A stretch of DNA of 58,052 nt from a virus (Duplodnaviria > Caudoviricetes): the IMG/VR virus record IMGVR_UViG_3300036770_003243, positions 1-58,052 of that record; one strand, given 5' to 3'. How positions within the stretch are numbered: position 1 is the stretch's first letter; every line of letters starts with the position of its first letter. Below the pieces are notes generated by a model. The model ran no database searches, was not told where the DNA came from, and saw nothing but the letters and a program-made list of their open reading frames with translations. The position numbers and the translations under genes are program-made. Below are positions 44,262 through 52,695 of the stretch, one piece after another.

Positions 44262-45416
44262 ATGGCCACGAAGAAGGTAAACCCCGCGAACCCTTTGCCC
44301 ATTGACCCTCAAGCCCTGCCTGACGATGGCACCCCCGTCACGTTCAGCCAGACCTTCGCCAAGCACGTCGGCTCGGGCAAGGTGGACGACGAGCGCCTCC
44401 CCACAGCGGACGACTTCGAAGACGCGGAGTGGGAGATCCGCCGCCAGACCCCTGACGGCTGGGAGTTTGTCGAGCGAGTCGAGAACGGCATGCCCCTCGA
44501 CAACGAGCTTCGTGAAGACTACGGCCCGGGCAAGTACGAGCTGACCCCGATCGATCCCCGCACGGGCAGGCTTGTCAAGCAGGTGCGCAAGGTCCGCCTG
44601 ATCTCGGCCACCATCACGCCGACTGCATCCGTCCTGCCGTTCCCCGGCGGACGGGAAGAGCCGTACTACCCTCCGATGCCCGCCGCAACCGAAGAGGTCC
44701 CCGCGTGGATGCGATGGCAGATGCAGCAGGCAGCGGAGGAGCGCGCCGAGCAGCGCCGCCGCGCCGAAGAGGCGCTTGCAAGGCAGAAGGAGTTCGAGGA
44801 GAAGCTCGCCCTCCGCGAGTTCGAGCGGCAGGAGCGCGAGGAGCGCGAGCGCAAGCGGCGCGACGACATGGCTGCCGAAGAGGCGCGCCGCCGCGACGAG
44901 CGGTTCGGCCAGCTGCTATCGGCAGGACTTGGCTTGGCACAAGCGTTCTTCACTGGCCAGAACCGCAACCAGCAGCCGCAGAAGGACGTCAACGAAGTCC
45001 TGCTGCGCGAGCTGATGGAGGAGCGCCGATCGCGCACCCCTCAAGCCAACGGCATGCGCGACAGCCTCGAGTTGCTGATGGTGCTGGACAAGCTGGCCGA
45101 GAGCCGCGCTGCGCGGGACAGCCGCCCCTCGCGTGACGATGACGACGACGACGACGACTCGATGAAGCAGTTGCTCGTAGGAATGCTGCCTGCCATGCTG
45201 GGGCGTGGGGGTGGAGGCGGCGGAGCGCCGCAGCTTCCAGATGCCATGGTCGACCAGATGATCGAGCAGGCGTTCCAGAACCCCGCAGTGATCGAGAAGG
45301 TCGCCATGCGCAACCCCAACGGCATCGCAGGCGCGTTCATGCGAGCCATCAAGGCCAACCCCGCTCTGGAGAAGGCCGTGCTGGAAGCTGTAGAGGGCTC
45401 CAGCGAAGAAGATTGA
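44262..45416 (+). CDS. Coiled-coil protein with acidic tract
   Basis: SD AAGGAG; long E/R helix; poly-Asp. Confidence 0.75.
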   Translation: MATKKVNPANPLPIDPQALPDDGTPVTFSQTFAKHVGSGKVDDERLPTADDFEDAEWEIRRQTPDGWEFVERVENGMPLDNELREDYGPGKYELTPIDPRTGRLVKQVRKVRLISATITPTASVLPFPGGREEPYYPPMPAATEEVPAWMRWQMQQAAEERAEQRRRAEEALARQKEFEEKLALREFERQEREERERKRRDDMAAEEARRRDERFGQLLSAGLGLAQAFFTGQNRNQQPQKDVNEVLLRELMEERRSRTPQANGMRDSLELLMVLDKLAESRAARDSRPSRDDDDDDDDSMKQLLVGMLPAMLGRGGGGGGAPQLPDAMVDQMIEQAFQNPAVIEKVAMRNPNGIAGAFMRAIKANPALEKAVLEAVEGSSEED

Positions 45417-45423
45417 GGCAGCC

Positions 45424-46068
45424 ATGGCTGAGTACGCAGAAGTCGCAACACGCACCAAGCACGAAGGGGCGCTCGATAAGGCGATCCTGATGAGCGAGAT
45501 CGCGGACTCGATGGTCACAGACCGCGAGTTCAGCGAGTTCGTGATGCGCAAGGTGGCGGGTGCGGGCAACGCGGCTGATGCGCAGGTCATGGAGTGGGCC
45601 AAGTTCGTCGAGTCCCTGCCCTACCGCCGCGAGAGCGGCGAGGTCTACCGCAGCTGGCAGTCCTGCGTAGGGTATCCCAATGGGCAGCCTGCGGGCGGTG
45701 ACTGCGACGATCTCACGATCCTGCTCGTCGCGGGATGCCGTAGCCTTGGCCTGCAATCGATGGTCGAGATCCTCAAGGACTCGGATGGGTGGGGCTTCCA
45801 CGTGAGGGCACGCGTCGGCCTCCCCCCGCATCGGCCCACCTATTGGGCCGTCGTGGATCCCGTATGGCGAAGCGAGCGCGAGTGGGCAATGGACGGAAAG
45901 CCGCTAGAGCAGAGCCCGTTGTACCAGAATTCACAGATGCAGCCCCAAGTACAGGGGCAATCGTACTTCATCACCCCCAGCAGCCCGTTCTCGAAGCCGA
46001 GCTTCTTGACCCACCTGTTGACGTTGTCGGCAGGAGTGGGGATCGGGATGTGGTTGAGGCGGAAGTAG
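45424..46068 (+). CDS. Transglutaminase-like (papain-fold) Cys protease, tail-anchored
   Basis: GDCDD (Cys), FHV (His), VDP (Asp); C-terminal TM followed by RRK. Confidence 0.8.
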   Translation: MAEYAEVATRTKHEGALDKAILMSEIADSMVTDREFSEFVMRKVAGAGNAADAQVMEWAKFVESLPYRRESGEVYRSWQSCVGYPNGQPAGGDCDDLTILLVAGCRSLGLQSMVEILKDSDGWGFHVRARVGLPPHRPTYWAVVDPVWRSEREWAMDGKPLEQSPLYQNSQMQPQVQGQSYFITPSSPFSKPSFLTHLLTLSAGVGIGMWLRRK

Positions 46069-46147
46069 TCGGGTTCTTTGAGGACGTGTTTCAAGACATC
46101 GCACGCTTTGCCGTGCGGCAGACCCTGAAAGGGGTGCGGAGGATACG

Positions 46148-46906
46148 GTGAGCGACTTCCAGCGGCTTGCAGATGCGCTTCGGGCCAAGGCCCGCAACGA
46201 GATCACCACGCAGATCAACGGCCTCCTGCCGTCCCAGCTGCGCGTCAACCCCACCGACTTGGACGAGGACGACGGTGACGATGGTGAAGATGGGGACGAT
46301 GACGACGATGACGATGACGACGAGGGGACATCCCTGTGCTTTGAGTACCCCGACGCCGATCGCAACCTCGCCTCCGCCGCCGCTGCTTGGCGTGCCCTTG
46401 GCAGCGAGGGCGACGTGGTGGCGACCTACAAGGACGGGCGGGCGTACTTCGGAAGCGTAGAGGATCTGGAGGACTACAACGACGGCAACGATCTGGACCC
46501 CGACGAGTGGGAGGTCTACGAGGACGCCGACGAGATCATGGGTCTGGACTACGATCGGAGCGCCCTGTCCCGTGTCCTGCGCCTCGCAGAGGAGCATGAG
46601 GGCGCGTACGAGGAGGCGAAGCGCCAGTACGAGCAATTCCACTGGGGCGACCGCAGCACTACGACCACGATCAAGGAAATTCCCGGCATCGACGGCCCAG
46701 TGGTGGCCCTTGGCGTAGCTCGGAGGATCGAGTACGGCAGCAAGAAGGACGGAAAGTGGGAGGAGTACTACCACCTGTTCGGTGAGGAGTCCGACACGTT
46801 CCCGACCATCTACGCGGCTGGAACCCCCGATCAGAACGGGCATTATCGGACGCTGGTCATCCACGGCGGTGGCATGCACGTCGAAGATCGCGGCGTCGTG
46901 GATTGA
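46148..46906 (+). CDS. Very acidic protein with a compact C-terminal domain
   Basis: SD GGAGG plus GTG; D/E run of about 20 residues. Confidence 0.75.
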   Translation: MSDFQRLADALRAKARNEITTQINGLLPSQLRVNPTDLDEDDGDDGEDGDDDDDDDDDEGTSLCFEYPDADRNLASAAAAWRALGSEGDVVATYKDGRAYFGSVEDLEDYNDGNDLDPDEWEVYEDADEIMGLDYDRSALSRVLRLAEEHEGAYEEAKRQYEQFHWGDRSTTTTIKEIPGIDGPVVALGVARRIEYGSKKDGKWEEYYHLFGEESDTFPTIYAAGTPDQNGHYRTLVIHGGGMHVEDRGVVD

Positions 46907-47027
46907 TCGATCGGCAGCGAGAGAAGGCACATTTGACACTTGATTCGCTTTTGACTTGCCCCCTAGCCTTCAGCGAGCGGGGGCGGATGTCGTCACCCCG
47001 ACAATTCTACCTTCTCAGAGGTCTACG

Positions 47028-47678
47028 ATGATCAAGCGTCTGAAGCACCGCCGTACCAGCGGCACCCTCGTCGCCAACCCGCGTCGCAAGAAGCGCAGTG
47101 GGGCCAAGCGTGGAAAGCGCCGCAGCCTGCGCGCCCTGTTCGCCAACCCCCGCCGTCGCAAGAAGCGCAAAAACCCCTACCATGGGATCAAGAGCAGCGC
47201 CAAGCGTCACCGCAACCCCAGCCGCCGTCGCAAGCACCGCAACCCGGGTCTGGAGATCGGCGGCGTGGATCTGGTGAGCGTTGGCGTCGGCTCGGTCGCC
47301 GCCATCGCGCTGGGTTCGGTCGGTCAGGGCATCTTCGACAAGTACCTCGCCAAGAGCTTCTCGGACAGCCCGATCGCCAAGGCCATGCCGAGCCTGATCG
47401 TTGCTGGCGCGGCCTTCGCGGCGCACAAGTACATCGCCAACCCCAAGGTCAAGAGCATCGCCAAGGTCACTCTGGTGCTCTCGATCTTCAAGGCCATCGA
47501 TGACTCGGCGGGCGACAAGATCCGCGACACCGTCAAGGACGTCCTGCCGGGTTCGACCAGCGGCTCGTACCTGCCCGCTCTGCGTGGCTACACCAGCGGG
47601 GCCTACATGGACTCGACTGGCGGCGCGTTCATGTCGACCAACGGCATCCTCCCGGGTGCGGGCCTGTACGGCCTGTAG
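47028..47678 (+). CDS. Protamine-like NP-repeat membrane protein upstream of the capsid candidates
   Basis: R/K-rich N terminus with five NP motifs; hydrophobic helices; C-terminal TSGSY/TSGAY/TGGAF repeats. Confidence 0.75.
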   Translation: MIKRLKHRRTSGTLVANPRRKKRSGAKRGKRRSLRALFANPRRRKKRKNPYHGIKSSAKRHRNPSRRRKHRNPGLEIGGVDLVSVGVGSVAAIALGSVGQGIFDKYLAKSFSDSPIAKAMPSLIVAGAAFAAHKYIANPKVKSIAKVTLVLSIFKAIDDSAGDKIRDTVKDVLPGSTSGSYLPALRGYTSGAYMDSTGGAFMSTNGILPGAGLYGL

Positions 47679-47691
47679 GCAAACAAGGGAA

Positions 47692-47754
47692 AGGGGGGGT
47701 GGCGAACTGACGCTGCCCCCCCTACCTTGACAAACAACGCGGCAAGCCCGCAAA
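47692..47754 (+). promoter_or_regulatory. G7/C7 stem-loop plus 16-nt leader motif before capsid gene 1
   Basis: AGGGGGGGTGGCG..CGCTGCCCCCCCT; GCGGCAAGCCCGCAAA at 47739-47754. Confidence 0.6.
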
Positions 47755-47764
47755 AGGAACGACA

Positions 47765-48457
47765 ATGGCACAGACGATCTTTGAACAGCTCGCTCCGTAT
47801 GCGGGCATGACCGTGGTCCCCGGTGTGACCGTGGGGCGGCTGAATTACGCGAACCAACAGGACAGCTTCTCGGATGCGGCGTTCTCGACCACCCTGCAAG
47901 TGGTCAACGCCAACACCGAACTCCAGTTCTTCACCTCGGCCATCGCCGAGACTGGTCAGGGATGGTCGACTGGCCTCTCGCTGACCCAGACGAACTCGAA
48001 GTTCTCGAAAGGACAGCCCCCGGCCAACCAGTGCCTCGTATCGACCCACCTCGGCGTTGCGCTGTACGTCACCAACGATCTCAGCCCCGCTGGATCGCAG
48101 GACATCACGCTCCTCTCGGTGCGTGACACCTTCTCGATCCTGCAAAACTTCAGCTGGGATTTGCAGATCGGTCGCGGCATCACCCGTACGATCGGCTCGC
48201 TGCTGGAGTACCCGGCGGTGGGTGGTGCGTGGTCGACCACCAGCACGACGGGCGGCAACGGATCGGCCCAGAACGGCGTCCCCGCTTGCCACACGGTCAA
48301 GCTGCCGATCCCGATCATCTTCCCGCCCTTGGTCAACGTGGGCCTGACGGCGAAGTGTGGCAACGCCTTCAGCTTGCAGGATGTCTCCGCGCAGGCGAAC
48401 ACCAACATCGTCGTCCGGTTGACTCTGGGCGGCTTCCTCATGACCATGCCGGTCTAA
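47765..48457 (+). CDS. Putative major capsid protein 1 (single jelly-roll inferred)
   Basis: Beta-rich, no TM, SD AAGGA; paralog of the next gene (MTVVPGVTVG, GQG..QTN, TMPV end). Confidence 0.6.
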   Translation: MAQTIFEQLAPYAGMTVVPGVTVGRLNYANQQDSFSDAAFSTTLQVVNANTELQFFTSAIAETGQGWSTGLSLTQTNSKFSKGQPPANQCLVSTHLGVALYVTNDLSPAGSQDITLLSVRDTFSILQNFSWDLQIGRGITRTIGSLLEYPAVGGAWSTTSTTGGNGSAQNGVPACHTVKLPIPIIFPPLVNVGLTAKCGNAFSLQDVSAQANTNIVVRLTLGGFLMTMPV

Positions 48458-48485
48458 GCGGCTGCAACGCCAAAAGGAGAGCAAA

Positions 48486-49271
48486 ATGGCTATCAAGAAC
48501 GAGCAGTTCCTCAAGGAATTGCAGCCCTACAGCAAGATGACGGTGGTCCCCGGTGTGACAGTCGGCGACCTGAACTTCGCCTCTGCTCAGAGCGCGTACA
48601 GCACCACGTACATCGCTCCGCAAGCCAACGACCAGTTCGCTGCCAACCGCGAGGCGGATCTCTTCCAAGCCGCGATCGGCGACAACGGTCAGGGTCTGGC
48701 CTCGGGTCAGGTCATGAGCCGCGCCCAGACCAACTGGCTGGACACCGCTGGTCGTCTGCCGGCCAACGAAGTGTTCTTGGGAATCCGCTGCCTCGTGAGC
48801 GTCTACAAGCACACGAACGCCCCGTTTGCGACCCTCGCCAACGGCGCTTCGTTTGCCAACGTGACGACCACGTTCAGCAAGCAGATGCCGATCACGAACG
48901 TCGCGGCTGTGTTTGCGATCATCAACGGCTTCAGCTGGGAGTACCAAGTCGGTGACGGCATCATCCGTAACGTCGGCGCTCTTGCGGGTTATCCGCAGGG
49001 CGGCGGCGTGTGGTCGTCCCCCGTCGCTGCCTTTACCACCGCAGAGGCTGCGCAGAACGGCTACCCCTGCCCGACCGTCGCCAAGGAGCTGCCGATCCCG
49101 TTTATGTTCCTCCCGAACATCAACACCCGGGTCAAGGTCAAGAGCGGCTCGCAGATCAACGTGCCCGCTGGCACGTTCAACCTCGGCGCTGGTGGCGCGG
49201 AGCCCGTTGTGGCGGACTTCCTCGCGATTCGGATGACCTTCCAAGGCTACAAGCTGACCATGCCGGTCTAA
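48486..49271 (+). CDS. Putative major capsid protein 2 (single jelly-roll inferred)
   Basis: Paralog of 47765-48457; SD AAGGAG. Confidence 0.6.
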   Translation: MAIKNEQFLKELQPYSKMTVVPGVTVGDLNFASAQSAYSTTYIAPQANDQFAANREADLFQAAIGDNGQGLASGQVMSRAQTNWLDTAGRLPANEVFLGIRCLVSVYKHTNAPFATLANGASFANVTTTFSKQMPITNVAAVFAIINGFSWEYQVGDGIIRNVGALAGYPQGGGVWSSPVAAFTTAEAAQNGYPCPTVAKELPIPFMFLPNINTRVKVKSGSQINVPAGTFNLGAGGAEPVVADFLAIRMTFQGYKLTMPV

Positions 49272-49307
49272 TCGGTCTGGTCACCCGCCCCGAAGGCGTG
49301 TAGAGTT

Positions 49308-49350
49308 CAAGGGGGGGTGCGGCGGACAAGTGTCCCTGCGCCCCCCCTTG
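49308..49350 (+). promoter_or_regulatory. G7/C7 stem-loop after capsid gene 2
   Basis: CAAGGGGGGGTGCGG..CTGCGCCCCCCCTTG; no U tract. Confidence 0.6.
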
Positions 49351-49369
49351 GCACAAGAGGAGCGATCTC

Positions 49370-49900
49370 ATGGCAGGCTACATCGATCCAGTGTTCTCGT
49401 CTTGGGCGACTCCTCTTGGCGAGGCGTACACCCGATGGATCTTCGCAGACAAGCAGAGCAATCCCTACTACGACCAGCCCGACAAGTGGCCGCAAGCGGG
49501 GCAGGTGGTCTTTGCCGACCGCTCGCTCAACTTCTTGGCCGTGGCCAACGGCGCACAATCGACCCTGCCGCTCAACCTCGGCGGCGGCAAGAATGTCATC
49601 GTGTTCAGCCGCGTCTGCATCGTGTTCCCCACGACGCCTGCTGCTCCGAACACTGTCGTCCTGCCAAACCAGATCAGCGCCTACACCACGGTCCAGCAGG
49701 AGCGTCAGGACGGCTTGATCGAGATCGAGAGCACCCCGATCGTCAACACCTTCGGGTTTGGCTGGTCGCAGCACTCGTTCCCTTGCCCCGAAAAGTGGCA
49801 AGGCAACCAGCAGCGCTCGCTCACGATCACGAACAACACCGGCAGCGTCGTGGACATCAAGTTCAGCTGGAAGATCGCATACCTCAACACGGGTCGCTAA
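49370..49900 (+). CDS. Putative minor capsid/penton protein A
   Basis: Beta-rich; paralog of the next gene (YYDQPDKWP, GGKN, FGFGW, WK.AYLNTG). Confidence 0.55.
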   Translation: MAGYIDPVFSSWATPLGEAYTRWIFADKQSNPYYDQPDKWPQAGQVVFADRSLNFLAVANGAQSTLPLNLGGGKNVIVFSRVCIVFPTTPAAPNTVVLPNQISAYTTVQQERQDGLIEIESTPIVNTFGFGWSQHSFPCPEKWQGNQQRSLTITNNTGSVVDIKFSWKIAYLNTGR

Positions 49901-49922
49901 CCCGACCCTCACGGAGGCGATC

Positions 49923-50453
49923 ATGCGTTGGGTTGACCCCGCATTCGCGCAGTACCCTCTAGCTGAGCGGTACACTGGCTGGATCTACGGCGATCCGCAG
50001 AGCAATCGCGTCTACTACGACCAGCCAGACAAGTGGCCAGATTCGGGGTACGTCGCATTTCAGGATCGTGAGATCACAACCGTCCTCACGAACTCGAAGC
50101 TGACCGATACGGTCGCCTTCAACCTGACTGGCGGCAAGAACTGCGTGGTCTTCGCCCGGTATGCGATCGCTTCCTTTGTGGGTGACTCCATCACCCAGAA
50201 GCTGCCTACGCAGCTCGGGGCATACGTCTCGTTCCAGCAGCGGCTGGTCGAGGGGTACCTTGAAGTGCAGGACACATCCCTGATCAATGTGTTCGGATTT
50301 GGCTGGAAGCCCCACATCTTCCCCGCTCCGATCACGTGGAACGACAAGCTGCGTCGCACCTTCACGGTCACTATCCCATCAGTCCTCGTCCAGCGTGACA
50401 ATCTCCAGATCACGCTTGGGTGGAAGGTTGCCTACCTCAACACGGGTGCATGA
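49923..50453 (+). CDS. Putative minor capsid/penton protein B
   Basis: Paralog of 49370-49900; SD GGAGG. Confidence 0.55.
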   Translation: MRWVDPAFAQYPLAERYTGWIYGDPQSNRVYYDQPDKWPDSGYVAFQDREITTVLTNSKLTDTVAFNLTGGKNCVVFARYAIASFVGDSITQKLPTQLGAYVSFQQRLVEGYLEVQDTSLINVFGFGWKPHIFPAPITWNDKLRRTFTVTIPSVLVQRDNLQITLGWKVAYLNTGA

Positions 50454-50983
50454 CGGAGGCCAAGATGCGGGCGCTTGTCCAAGAGACGACGCAAAACTAC
50501 AGCCTGCCGATCGGAGCGGATAATTCGGTCTATGTCGGCATCAAGGACGTCCGCCCGCGCTTGGAGGGGTTTGAATCGGCCTTGCGCGGTGCGGCGCTGT
50601 CCGCCCAGCTGGCCGATCGGGCGCAGTTCGTGTTCCTCATCCGCCCTCTTGCCGCCGATCAAGCGACTGCCCTGCTGGCACTCACCCAGATCGAGGCATA
50701 CCTCACGATCCAGACGTTGCCACTCTTGGGGGGTGACGAGTGGAGCGCGGCGGGTAACGTCGGCACGTCCTACCCGTACATCGAGACCGACGTGACTGGG
50801 CAGCTGGTGCTGTTCCGTGGGCGTCTGGTCTACGACGTGCAGGCATTTGGCGTCTGCCGCGCCACCTTGCGGCTGGTCAACAGGGCTGCTGCTGCCCAGA
50901 GCGTGCTGATCACGACGCAGATCTTTGCGGACGTGCGGCTCCCGCAATGGGAGCGCGAGCGTCTTGGGCTTGAGGAGGCGTGA
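50450..50983 (+). CDS. Putative virion protein
   Basis: ATGA coupling; beta-rich. Confidence 0.55.
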   Translation: MTEAKMRALVQETTQNYSLPIGADNSVYVGIKDVRPRLEGFESALRGAALSAQLADRAQFVFLIRPLAADQATALLALTQIEAYLTIQTLPLLGGDEWSAAGNVGTSYPYIETDVTGQLVLFRGRLVYDVQAFGVCRATLRLVNRAAAAQSVLITTQIFADVRLPQWERERLGLEEA

Positions 50984-51360
50984 TGAACGTATTCGGCCAA
51001 GAAGTGCGCACTCCGTTGGTCATCGAGGCAAGCGGGACAGCGGTGGCCCTGCCGGGCTTGGGTGCTACTACCGCCGTCATCACCAACATCGCATCGATCC
51101 ACGCCAAAGTGATCGACGTGATCTTGGTCGCAACGGTGGACATCGAGCACATCTACCTGCACCACTTCGCCGCTGCACGGCAGCTGACGTACCAAGTGCA
51201 GATCCACGGCAACCTGACTGCGGGAACGACGCTCGGGATCCGCTACGGTGACAACTCGGGCGTCGCCGATCCAGTGGGCCAAGAGTACGCCATCGTCATC
51301 ACCACCAAGAACAGCGCGGGCAACGGCACCTGCACGGTCTGGACGGCAGCGAGGTCTTGA
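50980..51360 (+). CDS. Putative virion protein
   Basis: SD GAGGAGG; beta-rich. Confidence 0.55.
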   Translation: MMNVFGQEVRTPLVIEASGTAVALPGLGATTAVITNIASIHAKVIDVILVATVDIEHIYLHHFAAARQLTYQVQIHGNLTAGTTLGIRYGDNSGVADPVGQEYAIVITTKNSAGNGTCTVWTAARS

Positions 51361-51716
51361 TGAAGCTGGGCACGATTCTGGTCATCGGTGCCGTAGCTTA
51401 TGCCGTCCTCAAGGCAAGCAATCCGCGCTGGTACGAGGATCTGATGCTCCGTGGCTACGCCAAGGATCAAGTCCCGCCGAGCCAGCTGACACCGGATCAG
51501 CAACGGAATCTCCAGATTGCAAGTGCGGCATCGGCTGCGGTAGGATTGCCGATAGGCTGGATCTTGGAGATTGCAGTCAAGGTCGACCCCAAGGATCTAC
51601 CCGTGATCGCAAAGCGCATCGCCGAGAAGGTCAAGCAGATGGGTCCGCCTGATGGTACGTCGGAGGATGCGCTGGCGGCATACAAGGCCAAGGCGCTCGC
51701 TGCGTCGGGGGTGTAG
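51357..51716 (+). CDS. Membrane protein with N-terminal anchor
   Basis: MKLGTILVIGAVAYAVLK. Confidence 0.65.
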   Translation: MMKLGTILVIGAVAYAVLKASNPRWYEDLMLRGYAKDQVPPSQLTPDQQRNLQIASAASAAVGLPIGWILEIAVKVDPKDLPVIAKRIAEKVKQMGPPDGTSEDALAAYKAKALAASGV

Positions 51717-51717
51717 C

Positions 51718-52695
51718 ATGATGGTCAACAAGAACTCGGCGGTCCACTTCTACGGTCGCCGCCCCCATCTCGCTGGAGAGCTGGGAGCGCACTACGCGGG
51801 GTACGAACCCCCGCCGCGCTCCCCGCACCATCTGGCTGGCCCCCTCAAGTCCGCAGGGCAGCTGTACATGCCGGGGTCGCAAGGGACCGCTGCGGTCGGC
51901 GGGATTCTTGACCAGTTTGTCACCAAGGGCATGACCGTCCTCAAGACGGCGTTCCCCGTGCTCGGCAATGCGCTGTCCTTTGTCGGAGACATTGCGAAAT
52001 TCGTCTTGGAGCCGATGGGCAACTTGATGGAGTCGATGGTCTTCGGCGCGGCAACCTATCTGGAGCTGCCGCAAGCAGAAGCCGTGATCAAGGACATGCA
52101 AGACAACTGGTCATCCTATGCCAAGGACGCCTTCATGGACTTCCTCTACGCCTTCTACAGGCGAGTGGGGTCAACGGGCAAGACGGTGGTGGACCTCAAG
52201 GAAGGCCGCGATCCCATCTTGCAGGGCGCGATGGGTGGTGCCCTTGACATGATGGGCATCGGACGCAACTCCAACCGCGTGGCAAACCGCATCTATACCA
52301 AGGCAATCGCTGCGGGGGCAAAGGACTGGCAGGCAGCTGCCGCCGTCTGCTACGGCCTGCTCAAGGGCCTCCAGATCAAGGGATTCCCGTCTGGATTCAA
52401 GCTCAACGTCAAGGGTGTCGACGTCCTGACCGTGACTGGCTCCGATACGAGCAAGGCCATGTGGGTACTGGGCAACGACTTCGACCTCCTGTACTTCGCC
52501 AAGCTGGGACCGAAGTCCTCAGAATGGCACTCACTGGCGTGGGTCGAGAAGCAGTACAAGAGCAAGAGCGGCGGTGTGATGGGTGGGGGAGCTGATACCG
52601 TCAGGACGCCCCCAGCCGCCAAGACAAGTGGCGGTGGGTTGTTCCCCCTGCTGGCGGTCGCTGGCGCTGCGATTCTTGCAATGAGGGGGAAGTGA
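51718..52695 (+). CDS. Tail-anchored membrane protein with repeated HLAG/HYAG leader
   Basis: Three H-[LY]-AG motifs; C-terminal TM followed by RGK. Confidence 0.75.
   Translation: MMVNKNSAVHFYGRRPHLAGELGAHYAGYEPPPRSPHHLAGPLKSAGQLYMPGSQGTAAVGGILDQFVTKGMTVLKTAFPVLGNALSFVGDIAKFVLEPMGNLMESMVFGAATYLELPQAEAVIKDMQDNWSSYAKDAFMDFLYAFYRRVGSTGKTVVDLKEGRDPILQGAMGGALDMMGIGRNSNRVANRIYTKAIAAGAKDWQAAAAVCYGLLKGLQIKGFPSGFKLNVKGVDVLTVTGSDTSKAMWVLGNDFDLLYFAKLGPKSSEWHSLAWVEKQYKSKSGGVMGGGADTVRTPPAAKTSGGGLFPLLAVAGAAILAMRGK

Noticed and set aside
46933-46970. Promoter before the protamine-like gene
   Set aside because: TTGACA is present but there is no acceptable -10 at 16-18 bp
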